From Halorarum halobium (GTDB lineage Archaea; Halobacteriota; Halobacteria; Halobacteriales; Haloferacaceae), in assembly GCF_032116555.1 (NCBI RefSeq), contig NZ_CP134949.1, positions 1,054,001 to 1,118,000 of the forward strand: a stretch of 64,000 nt of DNA. The letters run 5' to 3'. Shown here one piece after another: positions 45,088 through 55,470 of this stretch (its first letter is position 1; every line of letters begins with the position of its first letter). A program made the translations under genes and the position numbers. The notes beneath the pieces are model-generated. The model was not told where the DNA came from, did not search any database, and saw only the letters and a list, made by a program, of their open reading frames with translations.

Positions 45088-47979
45088 ATGAGTGACGCGG
45101 CGCGGGCGGGGGGAATGGACGCCTTCGCCGCGCTCGGCGACGCCGTCAGGACGGCCCTCTCCGAGCGCGGGTTCACGACGCCCACCGAGCCACAGCGCCG
45201 CGCCATCCCGCCGCTCGCCGCCGGGAGGGACGCGCTCGTCATCGCCCCGACCGGGACCGGGAAGACGGAGACCGCGATGCTCCCCGTGTTCGATTCGCTG
45301 GTGCGGGGCGAGGGGGCCGACGGCGACGCCGCGGCCGCTGAGACGGCGGCGGGCGATGCCGGCCCGCCCGAGGGCATCGGCGCGCTGTACGTCACGCCGC
45401 TGCGGGCGCTGAACCGCGACATGCAGGAGCGGCTGGAGTGGTGGGGTGAGACCCTCGACCTCGACGTGCAGGTCCGCCACGGCGACACGACCGACTACCA
45501 GCGGAGCAAGCAGGCGAACGACCCGCCGGACGTGCTCATCACGACGCCCGAGACGGTGCAGGCGATGCTGACCGGCGAGAAGCTCCGGAAGGGGCTCTCG
45601 GATCTGCGCCACGTCGTCGTCGACGAGGTCCACGAACTCGCCGCCTCGAAGCGGGGCGCGCAGTTCACCGTCGGGATGGAGCGGCTGCGGGCGCTCGCGG
45701 GCGACTTCCAGCGGATCGGCCTCTCGGCGACCGTCGGCGACCCCGACGAGGTGGGCAAGTTTCTGACGGCCGATCGGGGCTGTGAGATCGTCGAGGCCGA
45801 CGGCGGGACGAACGCCCAGTTCGACGTGCTCTCGCCCGAGATCACCGACGAGGACGAGCGGCTGGCCGGCGAACTGGCGACGGACGCGACCGTCGCCAGT
45901 CACGTCAGGGCCATCCGGGACGTCGTCCGGGACCACGAGTCGACCCTCGTGTTCGTCAACACCCGCCAGTCGGCCGAGGCGCTCGGCTCCCGGTTCAAGA
46001 AACTGGAGGAACCGGTCGGCGTCCACCACGGATCGCTCTCGAAGGACGCCCGAATCGAGGTCGAGGAGGCGTTCAAGGCTGGCGAGGTCGACGGGCTCAT
46101 CTGCACCTCCTCGATGGAACTCGGCATCGACGTGGGACGGGTCGACCACGTCGTCCAGTACAACTCGCCCCGGGAGGTCGCGCGCCTGCTCCAGCGCGTC
46201 GGGCGCGCGGGCCACCGACGCGGCGAGACCTCACACGGCACCATCATCACCGACCACCCCGACGACACCATGGAGGCGCTCGCCATCGCCCGGCGCGCTG
46301 CCGCCGGCGAGGTGGAGGACGCCGGCATCCACCACGCGAGCCTCGACGTCGTCGCCAACCAGACGGTCGGCCTGCTGATGGACTTCGACGAGATCGACGC
46401 CCGCGAGGCGTACGACCTCCTGACGGGCGCGTACCCGTTCCGCGACCTGACCGAGGAGACGTTCCGGGAGGTGGTCCGGGAACTCTCCCGAAACCGCCTC
46501 GTCTGGATCGACGAGGAGCGGGACGTCCTCGAGTCCTCGAGCGGCACCTGGCAGTACTTCTACCGGAACCTCTCGATGATCCCCGACGAGGAGACGTACG
46601 AGGTCACCGACATCTCTTCGCGCCGCCAGATCGGCACGCTTGACGAGCGCTTCGTCGTCAACTTCGCCGCGCCGGGCGAGACGTTCATCCAGCGCGGCGA
46701 GATGTGGCGCATCAACGACATCGACGACGAGGAGGGCGAGGTGAACGTCGCGCCGATCGAGGACCCCGCCGGCGAGGTGCCGTCGTGGACGGGCCAGGAG
46801 ATTCCGGTCCCCCGCGCGGTGGCGGGCGAGGTCGGCGAGATGCGCGGCGTCGCCGAACCGCAGTTCGCCGGCGGCGCCTCGGCGGACGCCGTCGCGCGGG
46901 AGTTCGCCTCCCGCTACCCGACCGACCGGCGGACGGCCCGGGTCGGCCTCGAACAGGTCGAACGCCAGGTCGAGACCGGCGGGCCGATGCCGACCGATCG
47001 ACGGATCGTGCTGGAGGGCCGGGGCCGCTCCGTCGCGCTCAACGCCGCGTTCGGCCACGAGGTAAACCGGACGCTCGGCCGCCTGCTCTCGGCGCTCATC
47101 GGCCAGCGAACCGGCTCCTCGGTCGGGATGGACGCCGACCCGTACCGCGTCGAACTCGAGGTCCCCTCGTCGGTCGACCCCGGGACCGTCATCGAGGTGC
47201 TGGAGGAGACGGACCCCGGGCACGTCGAGGCGCTGCTGGAACTCGCGCTCAAGCGGTCGGACACGCTGAAGTTCACCCTCACCCACGTCGCCGCGAAGTT
47301 CGGGTCGCTGAAGCCGTACCAGGGGAAAAAGCGGTTCGGCGCGGACCGGCTGATGGCCGCCCTGGAGGACACGCCCGTGTTCGAGGAGGCGATCAGGGAG
47401 GTGTTCCACACGGAACTGGCCGTCGAGGAGACGGCCGACCTGCTCGCGGATATCCAGTCCGGCGAGGTCGAACTGGTGGCCGCGCGCGAGCGAACGCCGA
47501 TCGGGTCGGGCGGACAGTCCTCGGGCCGCGAGTTCCTCGTCCCCGAGAACGCCGACGCGTCGGTCATCCGGACGATCAGGGAGCGCATTCTCGACGACCG
47601 GGTGATCCTGCTGTGCATGCACTGCCGGGGCTGGACCCACACGACGAAGGTGCGTCGCGTCCGGGAGACGCCGCGCTGTCCCGAGTGTGAGTCGACCCGC
47701 GTCGCCGCGCTGAACCCGTGGGACGAGGAGGCGGTGCAGGCGGTCCGGGCCGACGAGAAGGACGAGGAGCAGGAGCGGCTCACCCGGCGCGCGTTCCGCT
47801 CGTCGAACCTGGTGCAGGCACACGGCAAGCAAGCGATCGTCGCGCTCGCCGCGCGCGGGGTCGGCCCGCACAACGCCGCCCGCATCATCGGGAAACTGCG
47901 CGAGGACGAGGACGACTTCTACCGTGACATCCTCGCACAGGAGCGTCAGTACGCCCGGACCCAGAGCTTCTGGGACTAG
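45088..47979 (+). CDS. lhr: Lhr-family SF2 helicase with C-terminal Zn finger
   Basis: APTGTGKT, TPLRALNRD, DEVH, GLSAT, HHGSLS, ELGIDVG, QRVGRAGH, CMHC...CPEC; start may be 45115. Confidence 0.92.
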   Translation: MSDAARAGGMDAFAALGDAVRTALSERGFTTPTEPQRRAIPPLAAGRDALVIAPTGTGKTETAMLPVFDSLVRGEGADGDAAAAETAAGDAGPPEGIGALYVTPLRALNRDMQERLEWWGETLDLDVQVRHGDTTDYQRSKQANDPPDVLITTPETVQAMLTGEKLRKGLSDLRHVVVDEVHELAASKRGAQFTVGMERLRALAGDFQRIGLSATVGDPDEVGKFLTADRGCEIVEADGGTNAQFDVLSPEITDEDERLAGELATDATVASHVRAIRDVVRDHESTLVFVNTRQSAEALGSRFKKLEEPVGVHHGSLSKDARIEVEEAFKAGEVDGLICTSSMELGIDVGRVDHVVQYNSPREVARLLQRVGRAGHRRGETSHGTIITDHPDDTMEALAIARRAAAGEVEDAGIHHASLDVVANQTVGLLMDFDEIDAREAYDLLTGAYPFRDLTEETFREVVRELSRNRLVWIDEERDVLESSSGTWQYFYRNLSMIPDEETYEVTDISSRRQIGTLDERFVVNFAAPGETFIQRGEMWRINDIDDEEGEVNVAPIEDPAGEVPSWTGQEIPVPRAVAGEVGEMRGVAEPQFAGGASADAVAREFASRYPTDRRTARVGLEQVERQVETGGPMPTDRRIVLEGRGRSVALNAAFGHEVNRTLGRLLSALIGQRTGSSVGMDADPYRVELEVPSSVDPGTVIEVLEETDPGHVEALLELALKRSDTLKFTLTHVAAKFGSLKPYQGKKRFGADRLMAALEDTPVFEEAIREVFHTELAVEETADLLADIQSGEVELVAARERTPIGSGGQSSGREFLVPENADASVIRTIRERILDDRVILLCMHCRGWTHTTKVRRVRETPRCPECESTRVAALNPWDEEAVQAVRADEKDEEQERLTRRAFRSSNLVQAHGKQAIVALAARGVGPHNAARIIGKLREDEDDFYRDILAQERQYARTQSFWD

Positions 47980-48084
47980 CTCGCGGAGATCACGGGCACG
48001 ACACCGAGGCCGACGGCGTTCGGACGGTGGCACCGACGGCCCGACCGAGCCGTTTTTCCGCGGGTTCGGCCTACCTGGTTCCAG

Positions 48085-49371
48085 ATGGCGGACCGGACCA
48101 GACGCGACGTGCTCGCCGCCGGTGTCGGGGCGCTCGGGGCCTGCGCGCTCGGATCGGGGGCGGTCGGGACCGTTCGAGCCGACGCCCCGCGGGTGTCGGT
48201 CGCCACGCGCAACTGCTATCTCGGCGCGGACCTCTTCCGGCTTCTCGCCGCGGCGACGGTCGGGGAGGGGTCGGTCCGGGACGCGATCGGCGAACTCGTC
48301 GCGGCGGTCGACCGGAGCCACGTCGAGCGACGCCTCGACGCCGTCGCCGCCGAACTCGGCCGGACGGAGCCGGATCTGGTCGGGATCCAGGAGGCCGCGC
48401 TGCTCCGGACGGGCCCCCCGAGCGAGGGGACGACGCCGACCGCGACCGACGTCCGGTACGACTTCCGGGAACTACTGGTCTCTGCGCTCGACGAGCGTGA
48501 CCTCCCATACCGGGTCGTCGCCGCGGCCGAGACGACCGACGTCCAGCTCCCCGGGAGGGTCGACGGGGAACGGCGCGACGTGCGGCTGACCGACCGGGAC
48601 CTGATCCTCGCACGCGAGGGGGTCACGACGACCGAGCCGGTCACCGACACCTTCGACGCGGCGTTCTCGGTGACGCAGAACGAGCGCACGCTCACGGTCG
48701 AGCGAGCCTACGGCATCGTCGACGCGACGGTCGGCGACGGACGGCTCACGTTCTGTAACACGCACCTCGAGGCGGCCTCCGCCGAGACGCGGGCCGAGCA
48801 AGCGGCGGAGCTCCGGGCGGCACTCGGGGACGTCCGGGACCCCGTCGTGCTCGTCGGCGACCTGAACGACGGCCCGGGTGGGTCGGACGGGGCGTACGCG
48901 CGCCTCACGGAGACGTTCACGGACGTCGCGGGTGGCAGCGGCCCGACCTGCTGTCACGCCGCCGACCTCAGGAACCCGGAGCCGTCGCTGGGGTCGCGGA
49001 TCGACCATGTGCTCGTCCGCGGGGAGCTACGCGCGACCGGCGTGACGCGCGTCGGCGTCGACCCCGCGGAACGGATCGCCGTCGACGGCGACCGGCTCTG
49101 GCCCGCCGATCACGCGGGCGTGGTGGCGACGCTCGCGCCCGGCACCCAGGCCGCGTCGGCCACGACCGAACCCGCGACGGCGACGACGTCCGCCCCTGCC
49201 ACGACGACGCCGATGGACGCGGCTACTGGCGCGACGACTGCCGAGACGGACGCCACCGGCACCGACCCCGACGCGGATTCGGCCACGACCGCCCCCGGGT
49301 TCGGCGCGGCGACGGCGCTCGGCTCGCTCGTCGCGGCGGCGCTGGCCGCCCGCAGTCGGTCCGCGGAGTGA
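48085..49371 (+). CDS. Tat-exported endonuclease/exonuclease/phosphatase (EEP) protein with PGF-CTERM
   Basis: TRRDVL Tat motif; T.N.Y, IQE, NTHL, GDLN, RIDHV, ADH; Thr-rich linker; APGFG-TM-RSR tail. Confidence 0.85.
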   Translation: MADRTRRDVLAAGVGALGACALGSGAVGTVRADAPRVSVATRNCYLGADLFRLLAAATVGEGSVRDAIGELVAAVDRSHVERRLDAVAAELGRTEPDLVGIQEAALLRTGPPSEGTTPTATDVRYDFRELLVSALDERDLPYRVVAAAETTDVQLPGRVDGERRDVRLTDRDLILAREGVTTTEPVTDTFDAAFSVTQNERTLTVERAYGIVDATVGDGRLTFCNTHLEAASAETRAEQAAELRAALGDVRDPVVLVGDLNDGPGGSDGAYARLTETFTDVAGGSGPTCCHAADLRNPEPSLGSRIDHVLVRGELRATGVTRVGVDPAERIAVDGDRLWPADHAGVVATLAPGTQAASATTEPATATTSAPATTTPMDAATGATTAETDATGTDPDADSATTAPGFGAATALGSLVAAALAARSRSAE

Positions 49372-49383
49372 CGACGGTCGAGC

Positions 49384-50760
49384 CTACTCCCCGTCCACGC
49401 CGGCCCCGTCCACGTCCTCCCGGTCGGACAGTTCGTCGAGCCGGACCGTCGACACCCGAGCGCCGTCCACTCGCTCGATCTCGAGCACGTGGCCGTCGAC
49501 CTCGACCACGTCGCCGACCTCCGGTGCGCGCCCGAGCCGGTCCAGCACGAGGCCGCCGACGGTGTCGAACGACTCCGCCTCGAACCCGGTGCCGACCGCG
49601 TCGTTGACCGCCGCGATGGTGACCCCGCCGTCGAGGACGTACGACCCGTCGGGCCGCGGCTCGATGTCGGGTTCGCGCTCGTCGCTGTCGAACTGGTCGC
49701 GGAGGTCGCCGACGAGCACCTCGACGACGTCCTCGACGGTCGCGATGCCCTCGAAGGAGCCCCACTCGTCGATGATTGCGGCCATCTGGACCCGCTCGCG
49801 CTGGAACTCCGCCAGGAGGTCGTCGATGCGGCCGCTCTCCGGGATGACGGGGAGCTCGCGGGCGAGGTCTCCGGCCGTGATCGCGCCCTCGTCGCCGTCG
49901 CGCCCTTCGCCGCCGTCGAGCGACTCTCGCGCACGGAGCACGTCCTTCACGTCGACGAACCCGACCACCTGCTCGGCGTCCTCGGCGTCGATGACCGGGT
50001 ACCGGGTGTGGCCCGAGTCGATGATCAGGCGACGCAGCTCCGGGAGCGGGAGATCGGACGGGACGCTCACCACGTCGGGACGGGGCACCATCACCTCGCG
50101 GACTGACGTGTCGTCGAGCTCGAACACGCGCTCGATCATCTCCACCTCCGACTTGTCGACCTGGCCCTCCCGGCCCGAGCGCGTCAGCACGAGCAGGATC
50201 TCCTCCTCCGTGAACGTCTCCTCGGACTCGGAGGCGGGCGGGATGCCGATCAGCCGGGTGAAGAAGTTCGCCGTCCCGTTGAACACGATGATGCCCGGCA
50301 CGAACAGGTAGTAGAACGCCCGCATCGGCGCGGCGACGAGCAGCGACACGCGCTCGGCCCGTGCGATTGCGATGGTCTTTGGCGCGAGCTCGCCGAACAC
50401 GACGTGGAGGAACGTGATGGTGCCGAAGCCGAGCGCGAACGCGACGAGGTGGATGACGCTCCCGGGGAGGACCGGTTCCAGCACGGGTTCGATGAGCGCC
50501 GCGACGGCGGGCTCGCCGATCCAGCCGAGCCCGAGCGAGGAGAGGGTGATGCCGAGCTGGGTGACCGCGAGGTAGTCGTCGAGGTTCGCCATCGCGTCCT
50601 GGAGCATCGTCGCGCCCGGCGCGCCCTCCGCGACGAGCTGGTCGACCGCGGTCGAGCGGATGCGCACGTAGGCGAACTCGGCGGCGACGAAGAAGCCGTT
50701 CAGGAGCACGAGCACCAGCGCGAGGAGCAGTCGCCCCGCCGAGAGCGCGAGGTCTACCAT
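49384..50760 (-). CDS. Hemolysin/CNNM-CBS-CorC family membrane protein
   Basis: NGFFVAAEFA, QLGIT..SL.LGW.GEP, GELAPK, MVPR, HTRYPV, DEWG..EG..T.EDV.E.LVG. Confidence 0.93.
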   Translation of the reverse strand: MVDLALSAGRLLLALVLVLLNGFFVAAEFAYVRIRSTAVDQLVAEGAPGATMLQDAMANLDDYLAVTQLGITLSSLGLGWIGEPAVAALIEPVLEPVLPGSVIHLVAFALGFGTITFLHVVFGELAPKTIAIARAERVSLLVAAPMRAFYYLFVPGIIVFNGTANFFTRLIGIPPASESEETFTEEEILLVLTRSGREGQVDKSEVEMIERVFELDDTSVREVMVPRPDVVSVPSDLPLPELRRLIIDSGHTRYPVIDAEDAEQVVGFVDVKDVLRARESLDGGEGRDGDEGAITAGDLARELPVIPESGRIDDLLAEFQRERVQMAAIIDEWGSFEGIATVEDVVEVLVGDLRDQFDSDEREPDIEPRPDGSYVLDGGVTIAAVNDAVGTGFEAESFDTVGGLVLDRLGRAPEVGDVVEVDGHVLEIERVDGARVSTVRLDELSDREDVDGAGVDGE

Positions 50761-50953
50761 CCCGCCACTCCCGTCGACCGGGGTCGCCCGGGTCGGTCCC
50801 GCCGACCAGCCAACTGACGACGGACGGCACGAACAGTTCGAGTCATGGCTTCGATACTTCGCGGCCTCACAAAACGGTGGCGTCCTGACGGCCCGGGCCG
50901 GCCACCCCGAGTCCGGGCCAGCAGGACCGGGTCCGGCCGGTCCACCCGACCAG

Positions 50954-51337
50954 TCAGGCTTCCCACTCGGCCAGCGTCGCGGTCAACGCGTGGGCGAGCG
51001 CGTCGAAGTCGCGCAGTTCCACGCCGTCGGTCGTCACGAACACGCCGGTGTTCTCGCCGCCGACGCGGACGAGGTAGCCGTTCTCGAACACGCGGAGCGT
51101 GTATCGGTACCCCCCGAGCTCGGACCCGCGGTAGGCGTCGGTCGTCGTGTTGAAGTCCTGGCGCTCGTTGCCGATGAAGCCCATCAGGTCGGCGTCCTGC
51201 TCCAGGTCGTCGCGGAGGTACACCTGCTCGAAGTCGCTCCGCGTGAAGTACGTCACCGACCGGAGGTTGTCGCCGACGGTGGTCCGACAGGTCGCGATGA
51301 GCCGCTCGGTCGCCTCCTCCGGCAGCAGTCCGTCCAT
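50954..51337 (-). CDS. Conserved haloarchaeal hypothetical protein
   Basis: CRT.VGD.LRSV.YF.....EQ.YLR.DLE..AD; host codon use. Confidence 0.7.
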   Translation of the reverse strand: MDGLLPEEATERLIATCRTTVGDNLRSVTYFTRSDFEQVYLRDDLEQDADLMGFIGNERQDFNTTTDAYRGSELGGYRYTLRVFENGYLVRVGGENTGVFVTTDGVELRDFDALAHALTATLAEWEA

Positions 51338-51456
51338 GCCTCCCCCTCACGCTCCGGGGGGTTGACCGCACCGGTCGGCGAGAGCCTTGCCGAGTCCATG
51401 CGACTCAGTACCAGTTCTCACGCAGGTTTACGGTCGCACTCGGCCGAGGGGGAGCC

Positions 51457-52167
51457 ATGTCCGACCCGTTCGGTCGCGCCATCCGCGACTTCCACCGGGA
51501 CGAACAGGACGAACCGCTCCGCCAGATCGACGGCGAGGAGGTGCTCGAACACCCGATCGAGCGGTTCTACTTCGACGACCGGGACCCGGAGGACGAGCGG
51601 ACGCGGTGGCTCGAATCCCGCCTCTCGGGGCCGCTGCTCGACCTCGGTGCCGGCGCGGGCCGGGACGTGCTGTACTTCCAGGAACGGTTCGAGACGGTCG
51701 GGCTGGAGGTCAGCGAGCACCTCGTCGAGACGATGCGCGAGCGCGGCGTCGAGCGAGCGGTCCGGGGCGACATGTTCGACCTGCCGGCGACGTTCGACCG
51801 GGACCGCTTCGCGTCGGTGCTCGCCCACGGCACGCAGCTGGGGCTGGCCCGGCCGGACCACCGTCTGCGGGAGTTCCTCGCGGACCTCGCGTTCGTGACG
51901 ACCGACGACGCGACCGCGGTGCTCGACAACTACAACCCCGACGCCGAAACCGCGCAGAACCTGCTGGGGTTCCGCGAGGACCCGGAGCCGGGGATGGGCT
52001 ACCGCGTGATGCACTTCGAGTACGAGGGCGACCGCGGGGAGACGCTGCTGTTCCGGCCGTTCACGCCGGGCGTGCTCCGGGACGCTTGCGTCGGGACCGG
52101 GTGGGACCTCGCAGAGGTGGAGTTCAGCAACGAGCACCACTACCACGCCGTGCTGGAGAAACGCTGA
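51457..52167 (+). CDS. Class I SAM-dependent methyltransferase
   Basis: LLDLGAGAGR, GDMF.L. Confidence 0.85.
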   Translation: MSDPFGRAIRDFHRDEQDEPLRQIDGEEVLEHPIERFYFDDRDPEDERTRWLESRLSGPLLDLGAGAGRDVLYFQERFETVGLEVSEHLVETMRERGVERAVRGDMFDLPATFDRDRFASVLAHGTQLGLARPDHRLREFLADLAFVTTDDATAVLDNYNPDAETAQNLLGFREDPEPGMGYRVMHFEYEGDRGETLLFRPFTPGVLRDACVGTGWDLAEVEFSNEHHYHAVLEKR

Positions 52168-52200
52168 GACTTCGGCATCCACGACGTCGCCAGTCCCAGG

Positions 52201-52554
52201 GCGGTGGCGGTCACGCGAGCGAAGCGAGGGTGACGTCACGGGACCGGTGGTCCCGGGTAACGCGTGACTGCGAGCCGTAGGCGAGCAGACGCGCGCGAGG
52301 GACGAGGTCCCGACCGCAGGGAGGGGCCTCGTCGGCTGGGGAGGCCGTGGCTGCGGTGCGGTCGCGGCGGGTGGGACTGAAAGGGGCCGCTGGGGTCGAC
52401 GACGGCGGACCCGTCAAGCACCACAGGAGCGAGCGAAGCGAGCGACGAGGAGCGCAGGCGCGGTCCCCCGAGTCGACCCCAGCGGGGGCTTTCGAGGCGT
52501 GCGTCACGACGACCGAGAAAACGTCAGAGTAGAGCACTGCGGGGCTTTCGAGGC
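52201..52554. repeat. Structured intergenic repeat, copy 2
   Basis: Exact 22-mers at 52369-52390 and 52482-52503 match copy 1; lies between convergent genes. Confidence 0.85.
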
Positions 52555-52602
52555 GGCCCAACTACCAAACCAAGCCTGCCAAAACACCAACGCGACGGAA
52601 AC

Positions 52603-54861
52603 CTACGACGACAACGAAGGCGAAACCGACTCCAGCGCGGCCTCGAAGTCCGCCATCGTCACCGACAGCTCGTCGGCGTGCTCGTTGGCGTCGTCCCCGA
52701 ATTCATCAGCTACCCGCTCGACAGCGCGCATCGTCGCGTCCCGGGTGACGGCCGTCAGGTCGGCACCGGAGTACCCGGCCGTCCGCGAGGCGAGCTCGGC
52801 CAGATCGACGTCGTCAGCCAGCGGCTTCTCCGCGGTGTGGACCTCCAGAATGCGGAGCCGCGCGTCCTCCCCGGGCGCGGGGACCTCGACGTGGCTCTCC
52901 AGCCGGCCGGGACGGAGCAGCGCGTCGTCGAGGCTGTTCCGTCGATTGGTCGCGGCCAGCACGGCGAGGCTCGGGTTCTCTGCCGCGCGGTCGAACTCGG
53001 TGAGCAGCTGGGAGACGACCCGCTCGCCGACGCCCGAGTCGCCGCCGGCGAAGTCACGGTCGCCCGCGAGTGCGTCGATCTCGTCGAAGAAGACGATGAC
53101 CGGGGCGGCCTGCCGGGCGCGCTCGAACAGCTCCCTGACCGCCTTCTCCGACTCGCCGACGTAGCGGTCGAGCAGCTCCGGCCCGGCGACCTGGATGAAG
53201 TTCACCTCCGACTCGCCGGCGATGGCCCGCGCGAGCAGCGTCTTCCCGGTGCCGGGCGGGCCGTACAGCAGCACGCCCGTCGGCGGGTCCGCGTCCGCGG
53301 CGTCGAACAGCGGCCCGTAGGTGAGCGGCCAGGTGACGGCCCGCTCCAGCGTCTCCTTCGCCTCCGTCAGCCCGCCGACGTCCGCGAACGTCGTCGAGGG
53401 CTTCTCGGCGACGTACTCGCGCATCGCCGACGGCTCGACGCTCGCCATCGCCGACTCGAAGTCCGCGCGGGTCACTTTCACGCCCCCCAGGTCCGCGTCG
53501 GCGTCGTCGTGGCGGACGCGACGGAGCGCGGTCAGCGCCGCTTCGGTGGTGAGCGAGTCCACGTCCGCGCCGACGAACCCGTACGTCCGGGCGGCGAGGC
53601 GGTCGAGGTCCACGTCCTCGGCCAGCGGCATCCGCCGCGTGTGGACCTCGAGGATCTCCCGACGGCCGGCCTCGCCGGGCACGCCGATCTCGATCTCGCG
53701 GTCGAAGCGCCCGCCGCGCCGGAGCGCGGGGTCGAGCGCGTCGACGCGGTTCGTCGCGCCGATGACGATCACGTCCTTCCGGGCGTCGAGCCCGTCCATG
53801 AGCGAGAGCAACTGGCCGACGACGCGGTTCTCCATGTCGCCGCCGTCCTCTCGCTCGCCCGCGATGGAGTCGATCTCGTCGAAGAAGATGATGGCGGGCG
53901 CGCTGTCGTCGGCCTCCCGGAAGATGTCGCGCAGGCGCTCCTCGCTCTCGCCCTTGTACTTCGAGGTGATCTCCGGGCCCGACACCGAGATGAACGTCGC
54001 GTCCACCTCGTTGGCGACCGCCTTGGCGATGAGCGTCTTCCCGGTGCCGGGCGGCCCGTGGAGCAGGACGCCCTTCGGCGGGTCGATGCCGAGCCGGGTG
54101 AACACCTCCGGCTCGGCCAGCGGGAGTTCGATCGTCTCGCGCACGAGATCGAGCTCCTCGTCCAGGCCGCCGATGTCCTCGTAGCTGACGCCCGCGGCCG
54201 CGGGGGTCGACTGTGCGGGCGTTCCGGTCGTTCCTCCCGTCCCCGTGCCGCCGCCCGCGGCGTGATCGCTCCCGCCGACGCTCGTCCGCGTCGACCCCGA
54301 GGTCGAGCGCGTCCGGTCGCCGGCGTCCTCTCCCCCGCCGCTCTCGCCGCTGCGCCGGACGGTCAGCCGCGTCCCGTCGCCGATCTTCACCGGTCCGTCG
54401 GGCGACGTGGAGGCCACGACGAACACGTTCCCGCCGAGGTGTGGCAGCCGGACCTGCTCGCCGGCGGTGACGGGCCGGCCGTCGAGGTCCCGTTTCGCCG
54501 CGCGCGAGAGCGTGGCGTCCTCGATGTCCACGTCGTCGAGCGTGGTCGGCGCGGTCAGGGTGACCGAGTCGGCCGGCCCGACGCTCTCGGGGGTCACGCG
54601 GACGGTCTCGCCGATCTTCGCGCCGGCGTTGGCCCGCGTGTCGGCGTCGATGAGGAGTTCGCCGTCGCCGGCCTCGGTCCCGGCGGGCCAGACTTTCGCC
54701 GCCGTCTCGCGCTCGCCCGCGATGCTGACCGTCTCGCCCGAGAGCACGCCCAGCGCGCTCATGGCCGCGTCGGGGAGGCGCGCGATACCCCGGCCCGCGT
54801 CCCGTTTCGCCGCCCCGCGGACCTGGAGGGAGATCCCGTCGTCGTCGCCGTCGTCGGTCAT
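52603..54861 (-). CDS. cdc48: Cdc48/VCP-family AAA+ ATPase
   Basis: N domain (DAGRGIAR), two AAA modules GPPGTGKT / FFDEID / RRGGRFD and RPGRLE; ATG at 54861. Confidence 0.93.
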   Translation of the reverse strand: MTDDGDDDGISLQVRGAAKRDAGRGIARLPDAAMSALGVLSGETVSIAGERETAAKVWPAGTEAGDGELLIDADTRANAGAKIGETVRVTPESVGPADSVTLTAPTTLDDVDIEDATLSRAAKRDLDGRPVTAGEQVRLPHLGGNVFVVASTSPDGPVKIGDGTRLTVRRSGESGGGEDAGDRTRSTSGSTRTSVGGSDHAAGGGTGTGGTTGTPAQSTPAAAGVSYEDIGGLDEELDLVRETIELPLAEPEVFTRLGIDPPKGVLLHGPPGTGKTLIAKAVANEVDATFISVSGPEITSKYKGESEERLRDIFREADDSAPAIIFFDEIDSIAGEREDGGDMENRVVGQLLSLMDGLDARKDVIVIGATNRVDALDPALRRGGRFDREIEIGVPGEAGRREILEVHTRRMPLAEDVDLDRLAARTYGFVGADVDSLTTEAALTALRRVRHDDADADLGGVKVTRADFESAMASVEPSAMREYVAEKPSTTFADVGGLTEAKETLERAVTWPLTYGPLFDAADADPPTGVLLYGPPGTGKTLLARAIAGESEVNFIQVAGPELLDRYVGESEKAVRELFERARQAAPVIVFFDEIDALAGDRDFAGGDSGVGERVVSQLLTEFDRAAENPSLAVLAATNRRNSLDDALLRPGRLESHVEVPAPGEDARLRILEVHTAEKPLADDVDLAELASRTAGYSGADLTAVTRDATMRAVERVADEFGDDANEHADELSVTMADFEAALESVSPSLSS

Positions 54862-54960
54862 GTCGCGTCGTTGGAATGGCTGGGGTTTACCCCTTTCCAC
54901 TGGCCGGACGCCGCGGTCGGCGGTGGAACTTACTCACGCTGGCGCGAACGGCCGACCGAG

Positions 54961-55392
54961 ATGACGACTCCCGCCGACCACGTCGAGCGCATCGAACGCC
55001 TCTTTCGGGGGGTGTGGAACGGGGAGAACCCGGCCGTCGCGGACGACCTGGTGGGTCCCGACTACCTGATCCACGACCGCGACCTCGCGGCGGAGCTTCG
55101 CGGGCCCGACCTGTACCGGGAACTGGCGGCGGGGACGCGGGCCGTCTTCCCGGACATGGCGTTCACGATCGAGGACACCGTGGCTGACGGCGACGAGGTC
55201 GCCGTCCGCTGGACGATGACGGGGACTCACGAGGCCCCGGCGTTCGGCGTCGAGCCGACCGGCCGTTCGGTCGAACTGACCGCCGTCGAGATCAACCGGT
55301 TCGCGGACGGCCTGCTCGTCGAGACGTGGACTCGGAGCGACATGCTCGGTCTGATGGAACAGGTCGGGGCGCTCCAGTCCGGCGACGAGTAG
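54961..55392 (+). CDS. SnoaL-like ester cyclase
   Basis: FPD..FTIED.VA.GD.V.VRW.M.GTH.....G..PTGR, D.LGL..Q.G. Confidence 0.88.
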   Translation: MTTPADHVERIERLFRGVWNGENPAVADDLVGPDYLIHDRDLAAELRGPDLYRELAAGTRAVFPDMAFTIEDTVADGDEVAVRWTMTGTHEAPAFGVEPTGRSVELTAVEINRFADGLLVETWTRSDMLGLMEQVGALQSGDE

Positions 55393-55470
55393 CACGCCGC
55401 CGGGCGAGTGGCCCGAACCGCGCCGCGAACTCGAGTGTTCGTCGCTCGCACCACCGTCTCGGAGCGTGCC

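Noticed and set aside
52678..54960. 904-aa ORF ending in a SnoaL domain
   Set aside because: Upstream part is antisense to cdc48; the real gene starts at 54961
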